From sequence record PZ445437.1: a DNA stretch of 64,000 bases. One strand, written 5' to 3'. Within the stretch, counting starts at the first letter, position 1. The number at the start of each line of letters is the position of its first letter. The DNA is from a phage. The translations under genes were made by a program, and so were the position numbers. Positions 19,334 to 29,455 of the stretch are shown here, piece after piece. The notes beneath the pieces are model-generated. The model saw only the letters and a program-made list of their open reading frames with translations. It made no database searches and was not told the origin of the DNA.

Positions 19334-21147
19334 TGGTGTTTAACCCTATGCATGATTTCTTTATTTTTACCGAGATTAAATCCGCGTTCGTTCGGATTTC
19401 CCAAATAACCACATGTTCTTCTTATTGTGTTCATCTTTTTAGGATCAGTTTCTCCACAAATAGAACAAACAAATCCGTTTTCAGTAGGAGTCATTTCATG
19501 GGTACTTCCACATGTAAAACATTTATCTACTGGCATATTAACACCAAAATAATCTAAATGTTGTGCAGCATAATCCCATACGGCCTCAAGACCCTTTAAG
19601 TTATTTTTCATATCAGGAAGTTCAACATAAGAAATGTGACCACCTGTCGCAATGAAATGATATGGCGCTTCACGAGAAATCTTTTCAAACGGAGTAATAT
19701 TTTCTTCTACTGAAACGTGGAAACTGTTAGTGTACCAGCCTTTATCGGTAACATCTTTTACACTTCCATATTTTTCTGTATCAAGTTTACAGAAGCGATA
19801 ACAAAGGTTTTCAGCAGGAGTAGAATACAAACTAAAAGCAAACCCAGTTCTTTCAGTCCACTGTTTAAGACGAGCATTCATTTTAGTTAAAATTTCTCGT
19901 CCAATATCACGACCTACAAGAATATTCAATTCGTGAATACCAATGTATCCTAGAGACACTGAACTTCTGCCATTTTTAAATAACTCAATTATATCGTCAT
20001 CAGGTTTAAGACGAACCCCGAATGCACCTTCTTGGTAAAGAATAGGAGCAACAGTTGCTTTAACTCCTTTTAAGGAACTAATTCTACACATCAAAGCTTC
20101 AAAACACAAATCCATTCGCTCATTGAACAATTCGATAAATTTCTGTTCATTGAACTGTGTTCCAATATAAGAATCTAATGCGATACGAGGAAGATTCAGT
20201 GTTACAACACCAAGATTATTACGTCCATCAAGAATTTCATTACCAGTCGAATCTTTCCATACGCTCAAGAAACTACGGCAACCCATCGGAGAAACAGGAA
20301 CAGATGAACCAGTGATAGCTTTATTGTTCTTAGCTGAAATAATATCAGGATACATCCTTTTGCTTGCGCACTCTAGAGCAAGCTGTTTAATATCATAGTT
20401 CGGATCGTCTTTATAAAGATTAACACCTTCTTCAACAAACATAACAAGCTTAGGGAAAATAGGAGTTATCCCATCACGACCAAGACCTTTAATACGATTT
20501 TTCAGAATTGCTTTCTGAATCATTCGTTCAGTCCAGTCAGTTCCCGTACCAAATGTAATTGTTACAAAAGGCGTTTGTCCGTTTGAACTAAAGAGAGTAT
20601 TTACTTCATATTCATAAGCTTGGAATGCATCGTATACATCTTTTTCTGTTTTAGATTGAGCATAATTCAGTGCATCGGCGATTTGCCATTTTTCTGCATC
20701 CTCAATATGTTTTGCATAGGTGCGTTTAACATAAGGAGAAAGTACTTTATCTACATTAGCAAAAGTCGTTCCGCCGTATTGATGGGAAGCAACCTGTGCA
20801 GTAATTTGTGCCATAATTGCAGTAGCAACTCCAATTGATTTAGGAGTTTCAATCTGCGCATTACCAAGCTTAAATCCGTTCTCAAGCATTCCTTTTAAAT
20901 CTACTAAACAGCAATTAGTAAAAGGCAATGATATACTGTAATCTAAATCATGAAAATGAATTAATCCAACATTATGGGCATTTACAATATGACTTGGAAG
21001 AATACGACAAGCGATATGTTTAGAAACAATACCGGCCATTAAATCTCTTTTTGTTGGAAAGACGCGAGAATCTTTGTTGGCGTTTTCTGTATTTAATTCT
21101 TTATCTTTATTTGAAATAAAATTTAAAACATCTTTTTCTAAAGACAT
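19330..21147 (-). CDS. nrdD: Anaerobic ribonucleoside-triphosphate reductase (glycyl radical enzyme), uninterrupted
   Basis: 605-aa continuous ORF (T4 NrdD spliced length); C-terminal glycyl radical region and Cys-rich zinc site. Confidence 0.95.
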   Translation of the reverse strand: MSLEKDVLNFISNKDKELNTENANKDSRVFPTKRDLMAGIVSKHIACRILPSHIVNAHNVGLIHFHDLDYSISLPFTNCCLVDLKGMLENGFKLGNAQIETPKSIGVATAIMAQITAQVASHQYGGTTFANVDKVLSPYVKRTYAKHIEDAEKWQIADALNYAQSKTEKDVYDAFQAYEYEVNTLFSSNGQTPFVTITFGTGTDWTERMIQKAILKNRIKGLGRDGITPIFPKLVMFVEEGVNLYKDDPNYDIKQLALECASKRMYPDIISAKNNKAITGSSVPVSPMGCRSFLSVWKDSTGNEILDGRNNLGVVTLNLPRIALDSYIGTQFNEQKFIELFNERMDLCFEALMCRISSLKGVKATVAPILYQEGAFGVRLKPDDDIIELFKNGRSSVSLGYIGIHELNILVGRDIGREILTKMNARLKQWTERTGFAFSLYSTPAENLCYRFCKLDTEKYGSVKDVTDKGWYTNSFHVSVEENITPFEKISREAPYHFIATGGHISYVELPDMKNNLKGLEAVWDYAAQHLDYFGVNMPVDKCFTCGSTHEMTPTENGFVCSICGETDPKKMNTIRRTCGYLGNPNERGFNLGKNKEIMHRVKHQ

Positions 21148-21959
21148 AATTCTAATTTATCCTTTTGAAATTCTTCGTCTAAATATGGGTTCCAACCCAT
21201 TTTAAACCTTTTGATGAAATTATCAATTCTAAATTTCGGTAAGTTTAAATCCGCAAAAATAGATGATTTACTTTTAAAATCTGGACTTAAATAATCATAT
21301 AAAATTTCTGCGTATTTTAACCATAATATACAAGTACCAGATTTAATTGCTCTCGGAGTTTTCCAAGGTTTTACACCATACATCGGATTTCCGCTTCCTT
21401 TATGCCTGATAGAAGATGAAATTCCAATTTTAATTTTAGCTTCCTTTGTATGCGAAAATCCACGATGTGGATTTTCTTTCCAGTATTTTTTAGAAGCTTC
21501 TGATATTTTCTTTCTGGCTAAATTAGTATGATGCTTTCCATAAAATCCATGATTTTTGCCTTTATTACGATTTCTTTTAATCATGGTTATTGATTGCTTT
21601 TCTCTAGTTTCTTTAGAAGGAGAAATACCATATGTCGTAAATTTGCCATCAGCATATGCTAAATTAAAATACTCTTTATTCCATACATCTTTTTCTATAT
21701 TCTTTTGAAATTCAGCTTCAATGCTAGTTATTTGTTCATCTCCGACTAATTGAAAATATAATATTTCAACTTTCGGCGTTTCTTTCAATAAGGCTTTTTG
21801 AAATTCGGAAGATGACGAAGACGAATAATAAAATTTACCATTTTTATCAATAATATTCGTTCCATCAAAAGTGCAATTGGTTTTACTTCCAATGTAATAA
21901 TATGGTGGGGTTTTAGCATTAATTCTATTAATAAATGATAGTTTATATACTACATTCAT
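21138..21959 (-). mobile_element. Freestanding GIY-YIG (Seg-type) homing endonuclease gene, 273 aa
   Basis: VYKLSF..(x9)..YYIGS GIY-YIG motif; GKNHGFYGKHH and GSGNPMYG NUMOD-like repeats; paralogous to 11689..12312; ATGA overlap with gene 49 stop. Confidence 0.6.
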
Positions 21960-22429
21960 TTTAAACTCTTTCTAAGCTGCTTCTTAAATGAAGCTATTAA
22001 TTGTGTTTTAGTGTCAGATTCATTATATTCAAATCCTCTTTGAAGCATCTCAGCCATCATTTCCTCTTTTCCTAAACGAGAAAATTCCTTTGATTTATCT
22101 CCAACGAAGTTAGGGTGAATATTATTTTGGGTGTAATCGGATTTTAAATAAGTAAGTAAATTTTCTAACCATTCAAGATAATCAACTCCTTGTCCCTTTA
22201 AGCCAGAACGATTAAATTTATGCTTCATTTGACCTTCTGCGGCATTGCAGAGATTACAAAGCAATCCACGTACCTTTCCTGCTTTTGGTCCATTTAATTC
22301 ATGGTCATGGTCGAGGTGATTAGCTTGAACATCAGGATTTAGTTCTCGTTGGCAAATTAAGCATTTACCATTTTGTGCATCATAAAATTTCTGTTTTTCT
22401 TCTTTATATAATTTGCCAGTCAATAACAT
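21956..22429 (-). CDS. 49: Endonuclease VII (Holliday junction resolvase)
   Basis: 157 aa (T4 endo VII length); zinc/His box CLIC...HLDHDHELNG. Confidence 0.9.
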   Translation of the reverse strand: MLLTGKLYKEEKQKFYDAQNGKCLICQRELNPDVQANHLDHDHELNGPKAGKVRGLLCNLCNAAEGQMKHKFNRSGLKGQGVDYLEWLENLLTYLKSDYTQNNIHPNFVGDKSKEFSRLGKEEMMAEMLQRGFEYNESDTKTQLIASFKKQLRKSLK

Positions 22430-22471
22430 AATAAAACCCTTACCTTAAATAGATAAGGGTATTTATTATTT

Positions 22472-22957
22472 TCAAGTATTGTAAAACATTTGATTCAATC
22501 GCTTATATTGCCGAATCTTTTGGTCAGAAAAAGAAATTTGGGTTTCAAGCCATTCAATATATTCTGCCGCAGCTTGCATCAAATTTCCTTCATAGCCATC
22601 GTTATTTTCTTGTGCAGCTAATTTAGCTAATGCGTATGGAATACGTTCACCTTGAAAATCGGCTTTAGGCTTCTGAACAACTTGATTAGTTCTCTCTACA
22701 ACTTCTTCAATTTCGCCATTTTCTACTGATTCAGTATTCCACAAGCACCAATACGTAATTGGCTTATCGTAGATGTTAATAATCTTTCCGTCGGAAAGTT
22801 CAATTTCAACAATTCCAGTATCAGGTTCTATATCATCTTCACATTCTTTTGCAAGTTCACGAACTTTAAAGACAGTACCTGCGCTAAGTTCCGGCCAGTA
22901 ATTACATAGCCCTGTATCAGCACGATTAATTCTAAACCACTTATCTACTGTAATCAT
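22472..22957 (-). CDS. pin: Protease inhibitor Pin-like protein
   Basis: ATG at 22957 gives 161 aa (T4 Pin length); position upstream of 49. Confidence 0.6.
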   Translation of the reverse strand: MITVDKWFRINRADTGLCNYWPELSAGTVFKVRELAKECEDDIEPDTGIVEIELSDGKIINIYDKPITYWCLWNTESVENGEIEEVVERTNQVVQKPKADFQGERIPYALAKLAAQENNDGYEGNLMQAAAEYIEWLETQISFSDQKIRQYKRLNQMFYNT

Positions 22958-23079
22958 GTCCCATCTCCATATCAATTAAGTCATTTATCGTTGGTTCATT
23001 ATATACTGTTTCTTCATCAGTGTAAACCGGTTCTTCCGGCTCTGGTTCTACAGTTTCCCATCTAGACGCCCACCAAGGT

Positions 23080-23289
23080 TTAACCCCGAAGCTTATTAAG
23101 TTCTTCATAATCAATCCAGGATTCTAATCCTGATGGCAAATCAGATTCAATTTCCCAAAGAAGTTCTTCAATTTTATGAAGACGATCTAGTTCTTTAGCA
23201 GGAATAGTAACCATTGACGGAGCTCTTGCTACATTAATATCGTAAATCATATTTACCCCAGTTTGACCATACAATCGCCATATTTCCAC
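23080..23289 (-). CDS. Hypothetical protein (69 aa)
   Basis: ORF. Confidence 0.35.
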   Translation of the reverse strand: MEIWRLYGQTGVNMIYDINVARAPSMVTIPAKELDRLHKIEELLWEIESDLPSGLESWIDYEELNKLRG

Positions 23290-23468
23290 TTAGAAATAGA
23301 CTTTTCACCATTAGAATAATAAACTTCAAGTTTAGCACGATTATTTTTAATTTGAATAACCTTTGCTGTCATCAAAGTTCCATACCCATAATAAACTGCA
23401 ACTTCATCACCTACATATACCGCGCTTCCGCGGTAATCGTGAATATAGTCAGTTCCTTCGAGCATCAT
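23253..23468 (-). CDS. Hypothetical protein (71 aa)
   Basis: ORF coupled to nrdC stop. Confidence 0.4.
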   Translation of the reverse strand: MMLEGTDYIHDYRGSAVYVGDEVAVYYGYGTLMTAKVIQIKNNRAKLEVYYSNGEKSISKWKYGDCMVKLG

Positions 23469-23728
23469 TTAAAATATTCTCGCAGTTGGTCAAATCCACC
23501 AATATGACTTCCATCAGGAGCAAATACCTGGGGCATTGTCAAGCCGATTTGAGTATCACGACCTAGTTTAGTTAGAAGCTCAGCGATTTTCTCATCATCA
23601 AAAACACCTTTTTCCGGCATAATGTTGATAAATTCAAACGGCTGTTTCTTCACGGTCAAAAGACGTTTTGCATTATCACAATACACGCATTTATGAATGT
23701 TGCTATCATAACCATATACTTTAAACAT
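23465..23728 (-). CDS. nrdC: Thioredoxin/glutaredoxin NrdC
   Basis: 87 aa (T4 NrdC length); CVYC active site. Confidence 0.85.
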   Translation of the reverse strand: MFKVYGYDSNIHKCVYCDNAKRLLTVKKQPFEFINIMPEKGVFDDEKIAELLTKLGRDTQIGLTMPQVFAPDGSHIGGFDQLREYFK

Positions 23729-23729
23729 A

Positions 23730-23987
23730 TTATTCCTTAATTCCTAGTACTTGTTTAAAAGTCTCGTCGTAATCAAGACTTTGGCCCGTTTGTTCTTTAT
23801 GTTTGTATATAATATCACTTACTTCTAATAGCATATTTTTATATGAACGAGTTAAAGCAGATTTAAGCACGCTGTATTTATCAGGAAATTTACCATGTTC
23901 ATTATAATAAGCTATTGCTAATTCACGGACTGCCTTTTCAGCAGTCTCCATATATTCTTTACGCTTGGCCATTTTCTTCTCTCTCAA
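23730..23987 (-). CDS. Hypothetical protein (85 aa)
   Basis: ORF. Confidence 0.4.
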   Translation of the reverse strand: MREKKMAKRKEYMETAEKAVRELAIAYYNEHGKFPDKYSVLKSALTRSYKNMLLEVSDIIYKHKEQTGQSLDYDETFKQVLGIKE

Positions 23988-24276
23988 ATCGGTGTTTGCA
24001 ATGACGGCATTTATAACGAAGAATACTAGTCTGCCAATGAACTAATTGTACCTGTTCAGTACCACATTTTGGGCAGTTCGGAACATTCTTAGAAGCCCTT
24101 TCGCGACGTTCAACCATAACCATAATGGCATCCAAAGCAGGAGGTTTAAAGTCTAAATCGTCACAACCATGAATCTTTCCACGCATTTCCAGATCGTCTT
24201 CTTCACCAGTCATAATAATTTTAATTAGACTAGAATTACTTGAAGCTGCAATGTCTTCTAATAGACGCTTTTTCAT
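23959..24276 (-). CDS. Zinc-ribbon protein (105 aa)
   Basis: CPKC...CRHC four-Cys motif. Confidence 0.45.
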   Translation of the reverse strand: MKKRLLEDIAASSNSSLIKIIMTGEEDDLEMRGKIHGCDDLDFKPPALDAIMVMVERRERASKNVPNCPKCGTEQVQLVHWQTSILRYKCRHCKHRFEREENGQA

Positions 24277-25202
24277 TTCAATACCTCAATAGCATTACGT
24301 AAACCATTTGCTTTTGCATTAAGAGCTTTTAACAGTTTGGTGTGTTCGGCAATCTGGGCTTCAACTTCAATCAAACGAGCATTGAGATATTCACGTTCTT
24401 CGCTCAGGTTATCAACCTTTTCTACTTTAGGTTCTTTTACAACTTGCTTATATGTATTAGGGTTCTTCAGTTTAATTAGAATGCGTGAACTGTACAGCAT
24501 TGAACCATTATCTTCGGTTTCGTCATACATTTCCACTACGTCCATCATCTCCACCATCGTGCAGAGTTTATAAGACAACGAACGAATAATTTTGTTGTGC
24601 TTATTAATTTCTCTAGCTGTCATGGTGCCGAGATTACGTGAGTAATAATAAGGAACCTGGATATTAATTAATACTGATAAACCACCTGGCTTGTGTGTTA
24701 CTTCATCAGCAATAACCCAATCCTTAACATGAACTGTATTTGTACGGTCATCGCCCGCGGTAAATAGTTTACGAGCATGCTTAAAAAGCATATTCACTTG
24801 GGTATTGAATTGACAAGCGAATTTATCAGCAAATTTAGTTTCGGGAATGGTAGATAACCAATCAGCTAAATGGGTCTTTTTAACATCGTTAACAATAGTA
24901 AATTCAACCAAATCGGTTATAGATGTCTCAGATTTAATGAAGCTCGGCTTCATAAAGTTTTTAATGTTATCACTAGCTACAGTAGAAGATAACAGACGAG
25001 AACGTTTAAACCATTGAAGCAAATTGCCTAACGAATGAGAATAAGCGTTTTGAGTATCTTTACAGATATGATTTTCCTGACCAACATATTGAAGGAAATC
25101 ACGAAGAATATTATTGATTACTGCTCTGTGCCCGATCTGATAATTACGGTGTTTAGTAATAAGACTGTCAAAATAATCAATATAATGTTTACGAGTTTTC
25201 AT
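24273..25202 (-). CDS. Hypothetical protein (309 aa)
   Basis: Long ORF, C-terminal coiled coil. Confidence 0.5.
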   Translation of the reverse strand: MKTRKHYIDYFDSLITKHRNYQIGHRAVINNILRDFLQYVGQENHICKDTQNAYSHSLGNLLQWFKRSRLLSSTVASDNIKNFMKPSFIKSETSITDLVEFTIVNDVKKTHLADWLSTIPETKFADKFACQFNTQVNMLFKHARKLFTAGDDRTNTVHVKDWVIADEVTHKPGGLSVLINIQVPYYYSRNLGTMTAREINKHNKIIRSLSYKLCTMVEMMDVVEMYDETEDNGSMLYSSRILIKLKNPNTYKQVVKEPKVEKVDNLSEEREYLNARLIEVEAQIAEHTKLLKALNAKANGLRNAIEVLK

Positions 25203-25257
25203 ATTCTTCTCACTTGGTTAATGGTTTATACTCCGAGCCATCCTTGGTATAAAGCGG

Positions 25258-25785
25258 TTATGCGAGTACCGTCTTTAACCGTTCTTCAAACTTCCGAAGA
25301 GTATTCTGGCGTTCAGCTCTTTGCTTTTTGTAAGTTTCAATACGCTCTGAAATGAGAGTGTATCGTTCATTTACTGATTCTTTCATAAAATCAGGAATTT
25401 CACGAGAAGCTTTAATCTCATCAAATTTATCAATAACAGCTTGCTCTTCAGCAATTAAGTTATCATACATCAAAATATCTTTCTTGATGAACTCAATATC
25501 TTCTTGAGTTACACGAGATAATTTAGATGCTTTATCCTTTTTGTACTGTTCGTTAGTATCACGAGACCAGTGTAATGTACGATTTTTATTCGTATTCTTG
25601 TAAATTTCTACAATACCAATCTCATCGATAATAACGATCCAATTCCAACGAGATTTGTAAATTTGTCCTCCGTCAACCGTGATTTCACCTCCGATTGAGA
25701 TGTCATTAAAGAACTTGCTTTGTGCTTCTGATTTAAATTTACCATCGTTGTAATTTACCAGGTTGAAAATATCTTTAGCGTTCAT
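25258..25785 (-). CDS. Hypothetical protein (175 aa)
   Basis: ORF with GGAGG RBS and early promoter. Confidence 0.5.
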   Translation of the reverse strand: MNAKDIFNLVNYNDGKFKSEAQSKFFNDISIGGEITVDGGQIYKSRWNWIVIIDEIGIVEIYKNTNKNRTLHWSRDTNEQYKKDKASKLSRVTQEDIEFIKKDILMYDNLIAEEQAVIDKFDEIKASREIPDFMKESVNERYTLISERIETYKKQRAERQNTLRKFEERLKTVLA

Positions 25786-25813
25786 TTTGTGTTCCTCCGT
25801 AGTTGATAGTTGT

Positions 25814-25842
25814 ATAGTACCACAAAGGAACAGTCTTGTAAA
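25814..25842 (-). promoter_or_regulatory. T4 early-class promoter
   Basis: Minus strand GTTTACA..17 nt..TACTAT; block 25781-25822 is identical to 2031-2072. Confidence 0.5.
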
Positions 25843-25845
25843 CCA

Positions 25846-26160
25846 CTAAAAGAAACTTCTTTCACAATTTTTTCCACTGAACCACGCGCTCACCGCTTTC
25901 TTAGTCTCAGGAGCAGTGTTATCCATAAACCATTCAAAGGCAGCCTTTTTATGATTCTGGAGGGCTTCTCGGGCTTTAATCTGCTCACGGTCTATTAACA
26001 CTAACATATGAGCCTTTCTTGTCACCATGGGCTTCTTATGATTTTTTGAATACTCCCAATCATTTGTCCATCGCATCGTTGTTGCGAACTGAAATACTGC
26101 TTCTTTAATTTTAGTTTCGTAAATTTCACGAGCCTTTGAGTATAACATCACTACCTCCAT
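25846..26160 (-). CDS. Hypothetical protein (104 aa)
   Basis: ORF. Confidence 0.45.
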   Translation of the reverse strand: MEVVMLYSKAREIYETKIKEAVFQFATTMRWTNDWEYSKNHKKPMVTRKAHMLVLIDREQIKAREALQNHKKAAFEWFMDNTAPETKKAVSAWFSGKNCERSFF

Positions 26161-26249
26161 TTACCAGTTTAATTCTAGTCATCTTTTTGATGGCAGTCCA
26201 TATAATCTATTTCTGAACTGCCTTTTTGTCATAGAAGGCCTCTTATGAA

Positions 26250-27218
26250 TTATTTCAGAAGAGTAACCTCAGCAATTTCTTCCCAACCATTTTTGTCGGT
26301 CATAATAAAGTCAGCAAGATAAAGAGCAGTACGCAGTGAAACATTGCGTAAACGATTAACATTGACTTTCATCCATGATAATGCTTTATAAGTTTCTTCA
26401 TCAGAAAGACCGCGCTTTTGCATCATATCAGTCGAAAGAATAACATCTTCAACCCTGACCATAATTTCTTCATTAGTGTGAACACCCAAATCCAAATAAA
26501 CTGAGCGGGACACTAATGCTTGTAAATGTGGAGCAAGTTTAGTACCACGGTCTAATTCGCGGTCAATGTCAACGTTTGTGATAAAAACAATCGTTCCTTT
26601 AAATTCAAACTCACGCTCAATGCCTTTTTCTTCTAAGTAAGAAGATGCAGTGCTCCAGCAGACTTTACGGGTCTCTCCAGTGTCCAGAGCAGCTTTCAGA
26701 AGATTAAGAATGTCCATATCAGAGAAAACATCCACATCATCAATCAAAAGGACAGAATTCTCTTCACGATTATTCCAAAGCTGTTCATAAAGACCGATAC
26801 CAGAGATTTTACCGTTAATGCTTTTATATTCAATGTATCCAATATCATTTGCTTTATTTAAAGCTTTATCTAAAGAATACGTTTTACCAATACCCGCCGC
26901 ACCAGAGATAATTAATGAACGAATATTTCCATTAATAATACCATTCGTCATCATTCCCATAACATTAAATCTTTTATTAATGCGGGTTTTCATATCTTCA
27001 TATGATTCTTTAACTTCTTCAACTTTTACACCATCATATGAAATGTCTGATTTATAAACCCAAACACCGCGACGTTTACCGTCAATTTCAACAAAAACTT
27101 TACCATCTCCTTGTGCATCTACCGGAGCATTATCTGGGAACCATTCGCCTAAGAGCTCAAAAGTTCCAGAGATTTCTTTACCGAAGTAGATACCCTTATT
27201 GATAGTTACAGTTTTCAT
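26250..27218 (-). CDS. AAA/P-loop ATPase (322 aa)
   Basis: Walker A GAAGIGKT, Walker B LLIDDVD. Confidence 0.6.
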   Translation of the reverse strand: MKTVTINKGIYFGKEISGTFELLGEWFPDNAPVDAQGDGKVFVEIDGKRRGVWVYKSDISYDGVKVEEVKESYEDMKTRINKRFNVMGMMTNGIINGNIRSLIISGAAGIGKTYSLDKALNKANDIGYIEYKSINGKISGIGLYEQLWNNREENSVLLIDDVDVFSDMDILNLLKAALDTGETRKVCWSTASSYLEEKGIEREFEFKGTIVFITNVDIDRELDRGTKLAPHLQALVSRSVYLDLGVHTNEEIMVRVEDVILSTDMMQKRGLSDEETYKALSWMKVNVNRLRNVSLRTALYLADFIMTDKNGWEEIAEVTLLK

Positions 27219-27275
27219 TTTATTCTCCTTTGATTTGATAGGACTACTATAACATAGTCCTATCAGTTTGTATAC

Positions 27276-27476
27276 TTATTTTGACATTTCTTCGATGTCA
27301 CGACGATACCCGTCACGAACTTCACGAAGAGCTTCAAGGCCACACATAGGCTCGATACCTGTAATGTGAACTTGATTAATCTGATACTCTACATCTTCTA
27401 ACTGAGCGAAAACATAACGACGTTCAGCTGCACAACCAGATTTAGCTTTACCGAAACGTTTATTCAAAGTAGTCAT
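27276..27476 (-). CDS. Hypothetical protein (66 aa)
   Basis: ORF downstream of early promoter. Confidence 0.4.
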   Translation of the reverse strand: MTTLNKRFGKAKSGCAAERRYVFAQLEDVEYQINQVHITGIEPMCGLEALREVRDGYRRDIEEMSK

Positions 27477-27514
27477 TTTGTATCTCCAATTTACTCATTT
27501 GTTTTGATAGGTCT

Positions 27515-27543
27515 ATAGTATCAACAACTACAGACCATGTAAA
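27515..27543 (-). promoter_or_regulatory. T4 early-class promoter
   Basis: Minus strand GTTTACA..17 nt..TACTAT. Confidence 0.45.
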
Positions 27544-27574
27544 CCGTTTTGTGAAAAATTTTTGAAATAAAAAA

Positions 27575-27592
27575 GGGAGCCCGAAGGCTCCC
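27575..27592 (-). terminator. Intrinsic terminator (GGGAGCC-UUCG-GGCUCCC)
   Basis: Strong hairpin plus U6 run 3 nt after the stop of 27595..28608. Confidence 0.6.
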
Positions 27593-27594
27593 TA

Positions 27595-28608
27595 TCATTT
27601 ATAATAACTTCGGTGGTTTTCAAGATAGACCTTCTCAAGGAAGTCATCCCAGAAACTCATGTCTACTGTTTTAGGCATACCGTTCTTAGAAGCTTCAGTA
27701 GATGCTGCTTCTACTTGATCGACCACATCTTCCAAAAACTCTTGAACTGTTTTAAATGGATGTTTACCCAACTTCACGTCGAGAATAAATGGAGCATCTT
27801 GAAGTGGATAGACTAAGTCACCAGTTTTGTAAATTTCCAATAGTTGGAGTCCACCACGACAAGCATGACTCAAAGCTTTCCAGTCAATACCTTCATTGGC
27901 TTCAGCCTTACGAGCACGTTCACCGTATTCAGCATCTAATTTGTTCAGTGACTGCTTAAGCTCAATAAGAGAAAGCGTTGTCTGATATTTACGACCCAAC
28001 ACTGTGTAAAACGTCTGTGGGCCTGTTTTCTCATGATTATGGAACACCCATTCACAGAATTCGTTTTCTGGAAGACGATGCTTAATATCTTCAACTTTAG
28101 TACGACGCTGCTTAATGGAACCGTCTTCTTGGTAATCAACCCATTGCTCAGGGATTTGATTAACTACTTTCAATACATCGCGTAATGCAGCCAAACGAGA
28201 ACCCTTGACACCGTATTTAGAAGCTTGCTTGCGGACATATCCTAAATAGGATTTCATGTTAGTCGTATAAAAACGAGAACGGTTGTCTTGAATAAACTTC
28301 CACACATCAGGCAAATCAGATTTAACCACTAGTTCAGGTGGAGTGTGAAGCATATCCAATGCTACAGTTTCACCATCTGCTGCTAATTTAAAGAAATATT
28401 TAAGACTGTATAGTTCATGGTCAATATCATCTTTAGTGTTTTTAGATGATGTGTTGTTAGTGTTTTTACTCATGTGCTCTTTGACATTTCCGATAAGAAT
28501 ATCACGAGCAGGAGGAACAAAAATTTCTTTAAAATCTACATCAGATTCTGGGGTAGAAGTTCCATAAAGATGACTACCAAAATAGCTTTTCATTACTGTT
28601 TTCATCAT
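27595..28608 (-). CDS. Predicted nucleotidyltransferase-fold protein (337 aa)
   Basis: N-terminal GS..(x10)..DVD motif (YFGSHLYGTSTPESDVDF) typical of pol-beta-type nucleotidyltransferases. Confidence 0.55.
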   Translation of the reverse strand: MMKTVMKSYFGSHLYGTSTPESDVDFKEIFVPPARDILIGNVKEHMSKNTNNTSSKNTKDDIDHELYSLKYFFKLAADGETVALDMLHTPPELVVKSDLPDVWKFIQDNRSRFYTTNMKSYLGYVRKQASKYGVKGSRLAALRDVLKVVNQIPEQWVDYQEDGSIKQRRTKVEDIKHRLPENEFCEWVFHNHEKTGPQTFYTVLGRKYQTTLSLIELKQSLNKLDAEYGERARKAEANEGIDWKALSHACRGGLQLLEIYKTGDLVYPLQDAPFILDVKLGKHPFKTVQEFLEDVVDQVEAASTEASKNGMPKTVDMSFWDDFLEKVYLENHRSYYK

Positions 28609-28778
28609 TCAGCCTTATATTCAATAACAGGACATACTTTAGCTTTACGAGCTTTTAAAAATTCAACGATAATCGATTTCTTGGGTTGAATAGGAGGTAA
28701 ACCTTTATACGCCCTATCAATATTTTCTATGTGTAAAGCATAATCCTTTTTTCCATTTATAATCTTTATATTTTTCAT
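28605..28778 (-). CDS. Small hypothetical protein (start uncertain)
   Basis: C-terminal 57 aa of track ORF 28605..28904; stop overlaps ATG of the NTase gene (ATGA). Confidence 0.3.
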   Translation of the reverse strand: MKNIKIINGKKDYALHIENIDRAYKGLPPIQPKKSIIVEFLKARKAKVCPVIEYKAE

Positions 28779-29067
28779 GCAAATGTGCAGGAATAACAAA
28801 TGAACCGATAATAAGTAAAACAACCAAAAGCGCAAGTATAAATGCTGATGGAAGAAGAGTCCATAAACTACCGAAAATAAGCCAACGTTGTAGGCTTTCT
28901 GCACAAATAATTGTTAGCCCTACGAGTATAGCACATCCAAAAATAGAAACGAAAAATGTAGGAATGGCAATAGACCAAAAATATGCGCATAGTGTCTTAG
29001 GTCGTTGCCATTCATCGTTAAACAATTTGAATAATTTATAGTGCCAAGCGTTTTCATTAATAATCAT
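28717..29067 (-). CDS. Integral membrane protein (116 aa)
   Basis: Three predicted TM segments. Confidence 0.45.
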   Translation of the reverse strand: MIINENAWHYKLFKLFNDEWQRPKTLCAYFWSIAIPTFFVSIFGCAILVGLTIICAESLQRWLIFGSLWTLLPSAFILALLVVLLIIGSFVIPAHLHEKYKDYKWKKGLCFTHRKY

Positions 29068-29069
29068 AA

Positions 29070-29360
29070 TTATCCTTTCATTGAAGGCGTAACAGTTGTT
29101 AAATACTTAATCATAGCTTCAGCTTCTGATTTTGATAATGAAATTTCTCCATTGTTTTGACGAATAGAAATAAAATCCGGATGACGGTCACCACCAGCTT
29201 TTAAAACACACATATAAGTATCAACTTCATCACACATATTATAACGTTTCTTAAGAAGTTCTACAAGTTCTTCACTAGTAACTTCATCCATGTCGACGAA
29301 AAAATCACCATTAATGATGACGTAGATATTTCCTTCTTGATTGAGTGCTTCAATTTTCAT
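29070..29360 (-). CDS. Hypothetical protein (96 aa)
   Basis: ATG at 29360 with GAGGAG RBS, downstream of promoter; track ORF start 29405 lies upstream of the promoter -10. Confidence 0.45.
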   Translation of the reverse strand: MKIEALNQEGNIYVIINGDFFVDMDEVTSEELVELLKKRYNMCDEVDTYMCVLKAGGDRHPDFISIRQNNGEISLSKSEAEAMIKYLTTVTPSMKG

Positions 29361-29388
29361 GATGTTCTCCTCTTTATCTGATAGTTGT

Positions 29389-29417
29389 ATAGTACCACAG
29401 CTCAAACGGAAAGTAAA
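29389..29417 (-). promoter_or_regulatory. T4 early-class promoter
   Basis: Minus strand TTTACT..17 nt..TACTAT. Confidence 0.45.
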
Positions 29418-29434
29418 CCGGTAAAATGAAAAAA

Positions 29435-29450
29435 GTCTCCCGAAGGAGAC
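29435..29450 (-). terminator. Intrinsic terminator (GUCUCC-UUCG-GGAGAC)
   Basis: Hairpin plus U-run after the stop of 29456..29842. Confidence 0.55.
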
Positions 29451-29455
29451 TAATG

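Noticed and set aside
19330-21147. Possible group I intron in nrdD (as in T4)
   Set aside because: nrdD is a single uninterrupted 605-codon ORF; no room for an intron.
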